The translations under genes were made by a program, and so were the position numbers. Shown here in pieces: positions 50,069-59,689 of a stretch of 64,000 nucleotides of DNA (position 1 is its first letter; each line of letters starts with the position of its first letter). The stretch comes from Candidatus Sysuiplasma jiujiangense. GTDB lineage: Archaea > Thermoplasmatota > Thermoplasmata > Sysuiplasmatales > Sysuiplasmataceae. Below the pieces are notes generated by a model. It was not told the origin of the DNA. It did not search any database and saw only the letters and a list, made by a program, of their open reading frames with translations. The stretch covers positions 90,949 through 154,948 of the forward strand of contig JAHEAD010000002.1 of assembly GCA_019721075.1 (NCBI GenBank), in the 5' to 3' direction.

Positions 50069-51279
50069 CAGAATTCCAGCTTCAGAAGCAGTGGATTCTC
50101 AAGATATTCGATGAGGCGGTTTCCAAACATGGCGGCAACCGCCCCGTCCACTATCCTGTGGTCGCAGGCTACGGTGAAATACATCATGTCCCTCAGAATT
50201 ATCTGGCCGTTCCTGGCGACCGGCCTCTGCTGTATTTTATGTGTCGCAAGTATTGCGCTTTCGGGGAAGTTTATCACGGGGGCTGAAAACAGGCCGCCTA
50301 TGGGTCCGACATTCGTTATCGTGAATGTCCCTCCCTGCACTTCCGGTAGTGCAAGCTTCCCTGTCCTCGCCCTTGAAGCCAAATCCTCCACCTCCCTGGC
50401 GAGCTGCTCGACGCTTTTCCTGTCGGCATCCTTGATATTTGGCACAATCAGCCCTTCGTCGGTTGCCACTGCAATGCCTATGTTGTAGTAATGCTTGAGC
50501 ACGATCTCGTTGTTATCCTGATCGAAGAATGAATTGAGTGCCGGAAATTCTTTAAGCGCCTCCACAGCTGCCTTGATAATGAACGGAAGGTACGTGAGCT
50601 TGACCCTGTCGCCGTATCTCTTCGAAAGTATGTTGCGTGCATTCACAACGTTCGTCATATCTGCCTCGTCTACATAGCTGAAATGAGGTATGTTCCTCTT
50701 CGATTCGGCCATCCGCTCGAATATCCTTTTTCTGATGCCATGCACCTTCACTCTTTCCTCTCTTCCGGCTTCCTGGGCATGTACCGGAACAGACTGCACG
50801 ACAGCCGTAGCGGCGGCAGTGCCGGCCGCAAATTTCTCGACATCCTCAGCAGTTATTCTGCCCTCAGGGCCGGGAGGAATGCGCAGAAGGTCAACGCCGA
50901 GTTCTCTCGCTCTCTTCCTGACTGCGGGTGTTGCCTTCACCTGCGGAGCTTGCGCAACCGCCCTGTCTGGAGGGGGGTGGGAGAGCACGCCGGCAGCAGG
51001 TGCGGCAGCGGGCGGAGATACAGCGGCAGGTTCGGCCCCACCCTCGACTTCAAAGTCAAGGATCGGCTCTCCGACCTTGACTGTCTGCCCTTCGTCTGCC
51101 CTCAGCGTGAGGATCCTGCCTGTAAAGGGCGATGTCATTTCCACGTTGACCTTGTCTGTTATAATTTCTGCAAGGGGCTGGAATTCCTTCACGCTGTCTC
51201 CTTCCTTCACGAGCCACTTTTTGATCTCTCCCTCTGCAACGCCTTCCCCGACATCCGGCAACCTGAATTCCTTTTTCAT
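50068..51279 (-). CDS. pdhC: 2-oxoacid dehydrogenase E2 dihydrolipoamide acyltransferase
   Basis: Lipoyl domain TDKVNVE, ATPAVRKRARE, GGTFTITNVG, DHRIVDG. Confidence 0.95.
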   Translation of the reverse strand: MKKEFRLPDVGEGVAEGEIKKWLVKEGDSVKEFQPLAEIITDKVNVEMTSPFTGRILTLRADEGQTVKVGEPILDFEVEGGAEPAAVSPPAAAPAAGVLSHPPPDRAVAQAPQVKATPAVRKRARELGVDLLRIPPGPEGRITAEDVEKFAAGTAAATAVVQSVPVHAQEAGREERVKVHGIRKRIFERMAESKRNIPHFSYVDEADMTNVVNARNILSKRYGDRVKLTYLPFIIKAAVEALKEFPALNSFFDQDNNEIVLKHYYNIGIAVATDEGLIVPNIKDADRKSVEQLAREVEDLASRARTGKLALPEVQGGTFTITNVGPIGGLFSAPVINFPESAILATHKIQQRPVARNGQIILRDMMYFTVACDHRIVDGAVAAMFGNRLIEYLENPLLLKLEF

Positions 51280-51288
51280 CTGATCACT

Positions 51289-52269
51289 TCAGTAACCTGC
51301 TGACTTTCTGATATATTCGAGTATCCTTTCCGTATCAGGGAGATAAATGCTCTCCCATGTATAGTTAAACGGCGTATCGAAGCCTGAAACACGGAAAATC
51401 GGAGCGCTCAGCGAGTCTATGGCCCTTTCCGCAACGAGCGCGGAAATTTCCGCCGCAAAGCTTGAAAACTTTGTCGCCTCGTTCACTATTATGAGTCTGC
51501 CTGTTCTTCTGACGGATTCAACAACAGTCTGCACATCTACCGGGACAAGCGTCCTGAGATCTATGACCTCGACGGATATCCCCTCCTTCTCGGCTAGGGC
51601 CGCCGCCTGGAGCGAAGCGTGCAGGGACGCGCCGTAAGATACAATCGTGACATCACTCCCCTTCCTGGAAATTTTCGCTTTTCCTATATCCACGGTGTAA
51701 TCGCCTTCAGGCACCTCCTCCTTGAACGATCTGTATATCTTCTTCGGCTCAAGGAAAAGGACGGGATCCGGGTCCCTGATGGACGCTATGAGCAGTCCTT
51801 TTGCATCGTATGGCGTTGCAGGCGTGACAACCTTCAGACCGGGCAGATGGGTGAAAAATGCCTCGGTGCTCTGCGAGTGGTAAAGACCGCCCTTTATTCC
51901 TCCCCCGTATGGTGTCCTTATGACCATCGGCACCGAGAATGTCCCTCCCGATCTGTATCTTATCTTCGAGATTTCACTTACGATCTGGTCAAATCCGGGA
52001 TAGATGAAATCCATGAACTGTATCTCCGCCACCGGCCTGAGGCCGTACATCGCCATGCCCGCAGCCACACCGAGAATACCCGACTCGTTCAAAGGCGTAT
52101 CCATTACCCTCGAGGGCCCAAACTGCTTCAGCAGACCCTCGGTGGCCCTGAACACGCCGCCGTCCCTGCCGACATCCTCGCCGAGTACGACAACGTCCTC
52201 ATCCCTGTCCATTTCTGTCCTCATTGCGTCAGTGACGGCCTGGAGCAGCGTTTCGGAAGTCATCTTCAT
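51289..52269 (-). CDS. pdhB: 2-oxoacid dehydrogenase E1 beta
   Basis: GEDVGRDGGVFRAT, DTPLNE, EIQFMDF, HSQS, DLRTL. Confidence 0.95.
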   Translation of the reverse strand: MKMTSETLLQAVTDAMRTEMDRDEDVVVLGEDVGRDGGVFRATEGLLKQFGPSRVMDTPLNESGILGVAAGMAMYGLRPVAEIQFMDFIYPGFDQIVSEISKIRYRSGGTFSVPMVIRTPYGGGIKGGLYHSQSTEAFFTHLPGLKVVTPATPYDAKGLLIASIRDPDPVLFLEPKKIYRSFKEEVPEGDYTVDIGKAKISRKGSDVTIVSYGASLHASLQAAALAEKEGISVEVIDLRTLVPVDVQTVVESVRRTGRLIIVNEATKFSSFAAEISALVAERAIDSLSAPIFRVSGFDTPFNYTWESIYLPDTERILEYIRKSAGY

Positions 52270-53384
52270 ACCCCCTTCCCGGAAGCATTTTGCCTGTGAA
52301 CTGTTTCCTCCATTTCCTCCCTGATGTGCCAGGGCATTTCTTCGTAGACGTTCTCGAACACGGATTCGACCGGCGGCTTGGGCGTGTTCTCTGCCTTCTT
52401 TACAGCCTCCCTGATTTCGCTGTCAATGTCTTCAGTCAGTTGCTGCTCCTTTGCATCGTCCCAGTATCCCTTGATTTTGAGGTAACCCCTCATCCTCTTG
52501 ATGGGATCCTTCTTCATCCATTCGTCAACCTCCTTCTTCTCCCTGTATTTCGTCGGATCGTCGGATGAGGAATGCGGCCCTATTCTGTAGGTTATGGCTT
52601 CGATGAGGGTTGGCCCCTCCCCGTTCCTTGCCCTTTCAACCGCCCTGCCGGTCGCTGAATAGACAGCCAGAATGTCGTTTCCGTCTATGCGCTCACTCCT
52701 TATACCGTATGCCGTACCCTTCTGTGCCAGCGTCTCCGCATTCGTCTGCCGCCGCGTAGGCAGAGAAATTGCATATCCGTTGTTCTGGCAGAAGAAAACT
52801 ACCGGGGCGTTGAAGACGCCCGCAAAGTTCATTCCGCTGTGGAAATCGTTTTCGGAGGTGGCACCGTCTCCGAAAAAGGTCAGCGCTATCGCATTTTTCT
52901 TCTTGATCCTTGCGGCTATGGCCATGCCGACCGCATGGGGAATCTGCGTCGCGATCGGACTCGAGGGCGTGGCGATGTTCCTGATTCGCGAATTGAAGTG
53001 ATTGGGCATCTGCCTCCCTTTGTTATAGTCGTTCGCATTTCCGAAGAGCTGGTTGAATAGCTGAAGAACTGTCTCTCCCCTGAGAAGCAGTGCGCCTGGT
53101 TCCCGGTATGCCGGGAATATCCAGTCGTCGTCATTGAGCACGGCTGTGGAGCCGACACTGCATGCCTCCTGCCCGCCAGCGCCTATATAGAATCCTATTC
53201 TTCCCTGCCGCTGGAGTCCCATGGATATATTTTCAAACATCCTGACGGTTTTCATCACCCTGTACATCTTCAGGAGCCTGTCCCTGGAAATGTTAGGCTC
53301 CAGCTCGCTGTCGTAATTCCCGTCATCGTCCAATATCTGGAACATATCCTTCCCTGTTCCGGTTCTTACTTTTGCAGCCTGCAT
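52266..53384 (-). CDS. pdhA: 2-oxoacid dehydrogenase E1 alpha (pyruvate or branched-chain)
   Basis: QRQGRIGFY, GRQMPNH, GDGATSE...NNGYAIS TPP motif, YRIGPHSSSDDP. Confidence 0.95.
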   Translation of the reverse strand: MQAAKVRTGTGKDMFQILDDDGNYDSELEPNISRDRLLKMYRVMKTVRMFENISMGLQRQGRIGFYIGAGGQEACSVGSTAVLNDDDWIFPAYREPGALLLRGETVLQLFNQLFGNANDYNKGRQMPNHFNSRIRNIATPSSPIATQIPHAVGMAIAARIKKKNAIALTFFGDGATSENDFHSGMNFAGVFNAPVVFFCQNNGYAISLPTRRQTNAETLAQKGTAYGIRSERIDGNDILAVYSATGRAVERARNGEGPTLIEAITYRIGPHSSSDDPTKYREKKEVDEWMKKDPIKRMRGYLKIKGYWDDAKEQQLTEDIDSEIREAVKKAENTPKPPVESVFENVYEEMPWHIREEMEETVHRQNASGKGV

Positions 53385-53438
53385 TTGTTACACCTTTTTC
53401 AATTTTGCACTCCATACAAAACCGTTTAAACAATGGAC

Positions 53439-54332
53439 TCAAATCATCTGCATCCTCTGTTCCACTAGACCCTTCAGGAATAGCTCTGAAGCCCTGTAGG
53501 AACTTCTCACAAGCGGACCCGAGGCAACCATTGAGAAGCCCATTTCCTTCGCTTTTTCTGCATAACTGTCAAACTGCCCGGGCTCGACATAGCTGCAGAC
53601 GGGCAGGTGCCACGGCGAAGGCCGCAGGTACTGTCCGAAGGTGATGGCATCCACTCCGGCATTTCTCAGGTCGCGCATCGTCTCGATTATCTCGCCCTCT
53701 TTTTCGCCGAGGCCGAGCATCAGCGAGGTTTTTGTCACTCTTCCCGATTTTTTCTTCAGATATTCGAGCACTTCCAGGCTCTGGTCATAAGTCGCCCTCC
53801 TGTCCCTGACCGACGGCGTAAGGCGCCTCACAGTTTCCACGTTGTGGGCGAGCACATCCGCACCCGATTCTATCACGGTGTCAAGGGAGTGCCTGTCGCC
53901 CCTGAAATCAGGCATCAGCACTTCCACCAGCATGTTGCTCCTTCTGCGCTTGATCTCCACGACGGTGTTCGCGATATGTGCCGCCCCGCCGTCCGGAATA
54001 TCGTCCCTGTCGACGGAAGTGAGGACGACATAACTTAATCCGCTTTCCGCCACGGACACAGCGACTCTTGAGGGCTCTTCCGCATCAACAACACCGCCGG
54101 GATTGCCGCTTTTTACGGCACAAAACCTGCACCCCCTCGTGCACACGTCGCCCATGAGCAGGATTGTGGCGGTGCCAGATCCCCAGCATTCAAATATATT
54201 CGGGCATTTCGCTTCCTGGCAAATCGTATGGAGCTGAAGTGCTCCAATCTGCTTCTTGACTGAAGCGTAGCTGCCCGTGGAGGCGAGCTTGACTTTCAGC
54301 CAGTCAGGTTTCCTCTCGATCTGCATCGGCAT
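53439..54332 (-). CDS. lipA: Lipoyl synthase
   Basis: CQEAKCPNIFEC, CTRGCRFC, TSVDRDD, HNVETV, GQYLRP, PLVRSSY. Confidence 0.96.
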   Translation of the reverse strand: MPMQIERKPDWLKVKLASTGSYASVKKQIGALQLHTICQEAKCPNIFECWGSGTATILLMGDVCTRGCRFCAVKSGNPGGVVDAEEPSRVAVSVAESGLSYVVLTSVDRDDIPDGGAAHIANTVVEIKRRRSNMLVEVLMPDFRGDRHSLDTVIESGADVLAHNVETVRRLTPSVRDRRATYDQSLEVLEYLKKKSGRVTKTSLMLGLGEKEGEIIETMRDLRNAGVDAITFGQYLRPSPWHLPVCSYVEPGQFDSYAEKAKEMGFSMVASGPLVRSSYRASELFLKGLVEQRMQMI

Positions 54333-54574
54333 CTATACCTTATTGACATAATAGCTTAAACATTTAATCTCAGCGACGATCTAGCAGGTTACCGCATGTC
54401 ATGGTCTGCCCCGCCTGTCATGCAACACCAGCCGGCTGCCGATTTTATCTGCCTTATCAATTTTTTACCGTCGTAGGGGATATGAGGATAGCGCCAAATC
54501 TCCGCAGACATCAACACATAAACATTTTATACGGATTACATTTCTGAGAGCCAAGTAACAGGTAGTGCAACCAA

Positions 54575-55372
54575 ATGGCTGATAAACCGAAATCGAGTTC
54601 AAGAAAGGTCAGGGACAAGTGGAAGGAGAAGTCCTGGTTCAAAATTTACGCGCCGGAAATGTTCAACAGCATTGAGCTGGGGGAAACACCTGCCATTTCA
54701 CCTGATGAACTGAAGGAGAGAATCACGGAAGCGACAGTTCAGGACCTGACAGGCGATTTTTCGAAGATGCACATAAAACTGAGGTTCAGGGCAGATGCCG
54801 TCAAGGGGAATGAAATACACACACAGTTCATCGGGCACAATCTGACAAACGATTACGTGAGGAGACTTACAAGGCGCAAGAGAACAAAGACGGAGCATGT
54901 TATTGACGCAGTGACAAGAGATGGTTTTACGATAAGGCTGAAGCCGATGGTTGTCACCGAAAGGCGCATCCAGTCATCGCAGGAAACGTCCATACGCAAC
55001 ATAACGACCGCTCTGGTGAAGGGAAAAGTTGCGGAGATGACACTGTCCGAGGTTGTCAAATCGATTGTTTCTGGCGATATGTCCAAGGAAATCGCAAATT
55101 CCACAAAGATAATAATTCCAATGAAGAAGGTCGAGATCGGGAAAAGCGAAATACTGTCTTTTCCGGCTCAGGGTTTCGTCGTCCCCCCTCCGCTTGAGTC
55201 TGCTGCGAAGGCTGAACCTGCAGTCGAAACAACCGCCGGGACGCCCGAAGCGATTCCGGCGGAAGGCAAAGAGGTTGCACAGACTGCCGCAGAAAGAGCA
55301 CCGGAGGAGACGCCTTCAGAGGAAGAGATTGCACCGGAAGAAATCGTGGACACGAAACAAAAGAACAGGTGA
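54575..55372 (+). CDS. rps3ae: 30S ribosomal protein S3Ae with acidic C-terminal tail
   Basis: DKWKEKSWFKIYAP, DLTGDFSKMHIKL, DYVRRLTRR. Confidence 0.95.
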   Translation: MADKPKSSSRKVRDKWKEKSWFKIYAPEMFNSIELGETPAISPDELKERITEATVQDLTGDFSKMHIKLRFRADAVKGNEIHTQFIGHNLTNDYVRRLTRRKRTKTEHVIDAVTRDGFTIRLKPMVVTERRIQSSQETSIRNITTALVKGKVAEMTLSEVVKSIVSGDMSKEIANSTKIIIPMKKVEIGKSEILSFPAQGFVVPPPLESAAKAEPAVETTAGTPEAIPAEGKEVAQTAAERAPEETPSEEEIAPEEIVDTKQKNR

Positions 55373-55408
55373 TGTCTTTTTAAATGACGGCCTGCTATTC
55401 TCCCGTCA

Positions 55409-55506
55409 GCCGGGGTAGCTCAGACTGGAGGAGCGTCGGACTCATATGGGTTTGATGTTCCACTTGGGATATCCGAAGGCCGCGGGTTCAAATCCCGTCC
55501 CCGGCA
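55409..55506 (+). tRNA. tRNA-Met(CAT), elongator type, with 24-nt intron at 37/38 (55447-55470)
   Basis: GCCGGGG/CCCCGGC acceptor, TCGGA-CT-CAT-A/intron/A-TCCGA, GCGGG-TTCAAAT-CCCGT; CTCA pairs with intron TGGG (BHB central helix). Confidence 0.94.
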
Positions 55507-55701
55507 TTCATGGCGTTGCGACATTCGATAGCCACAGGAAAAATAATCCGTGGAATCACAACCGCCGAAATACCGGAGCCTTGAATGCATACTCACTCCA
55601 TCAGAGTAAAAGTTCCTGCGCATTCAGCACGCGACCCGGACAGCTGTCGAAAGGCAAACGATGAATTATTAGGTCTCATTGCTTTACCGGTGCGGATTAA
55701 A

Positions 55702-57093
55702 ATGGATATTCTTGCGGATCTAAGGGATATATTACCAGACGGTGTCCTCTCCGGAAATGAGCAGCTCATTCCCTACCTTACAGACGCATCACACTTTGAG
55801 GGCGACATTCCCCTTGCCGTTGTATTCCCTTCAACGACGAAACAGGTTTCATCGCTGCTTGCATACTGCAACAACCGGGGAATAGCTGTTGTGGCCAGGG
55901 GAGGAGGCACATCGCTTACGGGCGCCTCCGTTCTCAAGGGAAAGGGGGTCGTGGTGGATATGCTGAGAATGGATAAGATAATCGAGGTCAGCACGGTCGA
56001 CAAGTATGCGGCCTGTCAGCCCGGCGTACGGCTTGACGACCTCAATGAAACACTTTCCAGGCACAACCACTTTTTTCCACCTGATCCTGGCAGTTCGATA
56101 GCGGCAACCGTAGGCGGCGTCATTTCGACGAACGCAGGAGGTCTCAGGTGTCTCAGATACGGTACGACAAAGGACTGGATTCTCGGTGTGGAAGTTGTGC
56201 TGCCAGGCGGCGAGGTTGTCCAGTTCGGCAACAGGACGCTAAAATCCCGAATAGGATATGATCTGACATCGCTCGTTGTGGGCAGCGAAGGAACACTGGG
56301 AATCGTCACCGGCGCATACCTTAAGATAGCCGCAAGACCGGAAGCAGTATCCCGGATTGTTGCCTTCTACACGGGCATATCCTCTCTCGGGAAGGCGGTA
56401 GCGGACATCAGGAACGGTTCAGTGCAGCCGCTGGTTGCTGAGTTCCTTGACAGGAAGACGCTCGAAGCTGTAGCGCGCGGCATAAATTTCGATTTCCCAC
56501 CGGAAGCCAGGTATATGCTTCTCCTCGATATCGAGGGACCGCCTGAGGCAATGGACAGGTACATGGCTGAAGTGCGTGGAACGCTATCAAAGTCGTCGCC
56601 CATACTCATAATAGAGACAAAGGATGAGGAGGAGATGCGCAGGCTCTATATGGCCAGAAAGGGGGCCTATTCCTCGCTCCTCAAGCTCAGGAGAAGCCCC
56701 GGCGACAGCGTGCTTATTGGTGACATTGTTGTTCCTCCATCCACCCTCTCTGAGGTTCTGGAGGATATATCTGAGACCGCGCGGAAGATGAACATCTATG
56801 TGGCGCTGTTCGGCCACATTGGAGACGGGAACATACATGCCAACATATTCGTCGATCTGAACAACAGGGAGGAGGCGGACAGAGTCAACTCGTTCCACAG
56901 ACAGCTCGCGGAGATTGCGCTAGCACATGGGGGAAGCGTGTCGGCGGAGCACGGCATCGGCATCGAAAAGAGGGAATTACTGCAGCTTGAATATTCCAGG
57001 AGACATTCGGAAATGACAATTGAGGTCATGAAGAGAATCAAAACGGTTATTGACCCGAAGGGGATAATGAATCCAGGCAAGGTATTCTTTTGA
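55702..57093 (+). CDS. FAD-linked 2-hydroxyacid oxidase (GlcD/D-lactate dehydrogenase-like)
   Basis: RGGGTSLTG, PPDPGS, TNAGG, GSEGTLG, GHIGDGNIH, SAEHGIG, DPKGIMNPGK. Confidence 0.92.
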   Translation: MDILADLRDILPDGVLSGNEQLIPYLTDASHFEGDIPLAVVFPSTTKQVSSLLAYCNNRGIAVVARGGGTSLTGASVLKGKGVVVDMLRMDKIIEVSTVDKYAACQPGVRLDDLNETLSRHNHFFPPDPGSSIAATVGGVISTNAGGLRCLRYGTTKDWILGVEVVLPGGEVVQFGNRTLKSRIGYDLTSLVVGSEGTLGIVTGAYLKIAARPEAVSRIVAFYTGISSLGKAVADIRNGSVQPLVAEFLDRKTLEAVARGINFDFPPEARYMLLLDIEGPPEAMDRYMAEVRGTLSKSSPILIIETKDEEEMRRLYMARKGAYSSLLKLRRSPGDSVLIGDIVVPPSTLSEVLEDISETARKMNIYVALFGHIGDGNIHANIFVDLNNREEADRVNSFHRQLAEIALAHGGSVSAEHGIGIEKRELLQLEYSRRHSEMTIEVMKRIKTVIDPKGIMNPGKVFF

Positions 57094-58304
57094 ACGATGC
57101 TGCTGACAAGCTCTCCGAAGAGGCGGGCAGGTGCATCGGCTGCGGATTCTGCGAATCTGTCTGCCCGACAGAGCCGGCGTCCGGCTACGTCGCCTCCAGG
57201 GGGGCAAGAGGGAGGGTTATTCTTTCAAAGGAACTGCTGAAGAACCATGCCGGAAACCGGGATGTGTCCATCTTCGCCGATTCATTCTATTCCTGTCTTG
57301 ACTGCTATGCGTGCTACCAGGTCTGCCCTGCCGGCGTTAATGCAGGACTCATTTCCCATTATTCCAGGGAGATCATCGGCAGGAGCAGCGCTCCTCCGCT
57401 TGCAAGAATGATTGAACGAATGATCATGCGGTACAGGTCAATAATTCCCGCAGGGCGGAGAATCTGCGACTGGGCAAGGGATATGGGCATACGGAACAGC
57501 GGGTCCACCCTGCTGTACACTGGACAGATGTATCAGCTGATGGCATACGTACCGAAACTTTCCAGATTCCTTCACAGGAAATTTCCCGGTCCCAACTTCA
57601 CCGCATCCCTTGCACTGAGATTTCCGGCAGCGGCGCACATCTCAAGGCTCTTCAGGGATCGTGAAGTGGCCGCCGCCATGAATTCAAGCCTGAGGGATAT
57701 CGCGCTGCTGCTGAAGAATTCCGGAGTCGATTTCTGCTACCTGTTCGATGAGGAACCATATCCCGGGACGCTCCTGAATGATCTAGGTTTCACTGATTCT
57801 TTCGACGAATACTCTGCCTGGCTGGCTGATTTTTTCAGGTCAAAGGGTGTCAGGAAAATAATCACGGTGGATCCGCACACATACGACCTCTTCAGGAATG
57901 TCATTCCGGGAAGGGTGCCGGGATTCGACTTTGATGTTTCGCATTACCTTGAGCTGCTTGACAGTTCGAAGCTGAAGATGACCGGGCGCAGGGTTACTTT
58001 TCACGAGCCATGCCATCTCTCGCGCAGGTTTGCAGATTTTTCCCTCCCATCCGATATGCTTGCAAAGTGCACGGTTACGTCGATGCCTGCCAAGAGCGGC
58101 AGGAGCACCTACTGCTGCGGCGGACCTGATGAGCTTCTCTTCCCAGGCATTGCAGACCGCGTGTCGCGCAGGAGGAGTGAGCAGCTCGAAATGACCGGGG
58201 CGGATGTGACAGTGACTGCGTGTCCCGTGTGCAACATAACTCTCCGAAGGAGCGGGAAGGTCATGGACATTGCATCCGTTCTGGCAGAGTCAACCCGTGT
58301 TTGA
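57090..58304 (+). CDS. Fe-S/CCG-domain subunit (GlcF-like)
   Basis: CIGCGFCESVCP, CLDCYACYQVCP, HEPCHL, CCGG, ACPVC. Confidence 0.9.
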   Translation: MNDAADKLSEEAGRCIGCGFCESVCPTEPASGYVASRGARGRVILSKELLKNHAGNRDVSIFADSFYSCLDCYACYQVCPAGVNAGLISHYSREIIGRSSAPPLARMIERMIMRYRSIIPAGRRICDWARDMGIRNSGSTLLYTGQMYQLMAYVPKLSRFLHRKFPGPNFTASLALRFPAAAHISRLFRDREVAAAMNSSLRDIALLLKNSGVDFCYLFDEEPYPGTLLNDLGFTDSFDEYSAWLADFFRSKGVRKIITVDPHTYDLFRNVIPGRVPGFDFDVSHYLELLDSSKLKMTGRRVTFHEPCHLSRRFADFSLPSDMLAKCTVTSMPAKSGRSTYCCGGPDELLFPGIADRVSRRRSEQLEMTGADVTVTACPVCNITLRRSGKVMDIASVLAESTRV

Positions 58305-58379
58305 AAACAGCGGCTGTTGTGCCTGCGCCTACAGTCATGCTTATTTATGTGTAGAAAATTTAAGCACGGAGATACGGAG

Positions 58380-59321
58380 ATGGCAGAGGCCAGCGCAAAT
58401 TCAAAAAACGAGGAATATTACAGGCTGATAAACGCAGGTGGCAACCATTACGACATCGGCAGAAAGATGACTGACGCGTTTACACCGCAGTTGCATGAAC
58501 GGCTGACATCTAAACCAGATGCCGTTCTCCTTGATAACGCACTGAAGTCTGCAGAGGCGACATTTTCTGTCCATCCCGTGCTGAAGGACGAACTCCAGGG
58601 GATTTCTGAAGGGATAGCCATAGAGTTCGAATCCATCCTCTGCGAGATATCCGACACGTTTGCTGCTCCTGCCCCCTCCTCAACAGTCCTTTCAAGACAT
58701 GACGACAGGATACTGGTGGGAAGAAATTTCGGTTCCCGCCCTGAGGCATATGTGCGCAACATGCTGCGCCTGGACCCCAATGATGCCTATGCATCCCTGG
58801 GAAGGATGGGAGGTTATTTCGGCGGCACTTTCGAAAGCATCGGCGTGTACGGCATCTATGCCGGTGCCGAGATCGTTGAAAGAAACGCGGAGCCAGTCCA
58901 GGGTACTGCCGCCTATATGATACCGCGGATGATTACAGAGTCGTCGAGAGACATTGATTCAGCGGTAGCGAAGCTGAGGTCAATCAAACCGATGCACAGA
59001 TCCATTTTTGTTGTTGCAGATGCTTCTTCGGCATATGTTGCGGAGTGGAACGGTTCCTCCCTGGAGATTACCAGGTGTGAAAAGTTTCCGCTCCTGGTTT
59101 CGGGAAGAAGACAATCACATCCGGAATCCGCTCTTGGTTCTGCAGATGAGATCAAGAGCTTTCTATCGTCGCATGATGCCGGGCTGTGTGCCCATGGCCC
59201 GGAAGGCGAAACAATTTATTCCCTTGTTGTGGACATGGCGCAGGAGAAGGTCGAATATACAGCTGGCAGCCCATGCAGTTCGCAATATGCGACGATAGAC
59301 TGGCCCGGCGGCTACGGCTGA
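58380..59321 (+). CDS. C45-like Ntn-hydrolase-fold protein
   Basis: GNHYDIG, DELQGISEG, ILVGRNF, GLCAH..TIYS, GSPC; expected nucleophile position reads PSST. Confidence 0.6.
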   Translation: MAEASANSKNEEYYRLINAGGNHYDIGRKMTDAFTPQLHERLTSKPDAVLLDNALKSAEATFSVHPVLKDELQGISEGIAIEFESILCEISDTFAAPAPSSTVLSRHDDRILVGRNFGSRPEAYVRNMLRLDPNDAYASLGRMGGYFGGTFESIGVYGIYAGAEIVERNAEPVQGTAAYMIPRMITESSRDIDSAVAKLRSIKPMHRSIFVVADASSAYVAEWNGSSLEITRCEKFPLLVSGRRQSHPESALGSADEIKSFLSSHDAGLCAHGPEGETIYSLVVDMAQEKVEYTAGSPCSSQYATIDWPGGYG

Positions 59322-59334
59322 GCGCCCTGTGCCC

Positions 59335-59688
59335 TCAGCTCTGCCTTATAAAATCAGCAATCTTCGACATCTGCCTTGATACCAGCGCCTCGTCGCTTCC
59401 GCCTTCAAGAACGGAAACAATGACAGCCTTCCTTCCTGCATTCAGTATCAGCATCTTTCCGTCGCTGCTCTCGACTGTCACTTTCTCGGGAGTGCCGCGT
59501 TTGAGCTCCAGGTTGGCCGTAACGGCTGCGCCCATGAGCGTGGCGCACATTATGGCAAAGGTTTCAACGTATGATCCGGCGTCCAGATCCGAGGCTATCA
59601 CGAGACCGTCTCTGCTGATCACTGCAGAGGATATGACGCCTTCCTGCCTCAGTCCCTTTAGCATTTCACGAAGTTCATCGGCCAACAA
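59335..59688 (-). CDS. Roadblock/LC7 (MglB-like) domain protein
   Basis: GVISSAVISRDGLVIAS, FAIMCATLMGAA, VTVESSDGKMLI; TTG start after GGAGGAGTGA. Confidence 0.88.
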   Translation of the reverse strand: MLADELREMLKGLRQEGVISSAVISRDGLVIASDLDAGSYVETFAIMCATLMGAAVTANLELKRGTPEKVTVESSDGKMLILNAGRKAVIVSVLEGGSDEALVSRQMSKIADFIRQS

Positions 59689-59689
59689 A

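Noticed and set aside
55170..55372. Ala/Glu/Pro-rich tail of S3Ae as a novel domain
   Set aside because: Low-complexity acidic tails are common on archaeal ribosomal proteins
55409..55506. Initiator tRNA-Met or tRNA-Ile2(CAT)
   Set aside because: G1-C72 with GCCGGGG acceptor and TCGGA anticodon stem; lacks the A1-U72 pair and three G-C pairs of initiators and the GGGCCC start typical of Ile2
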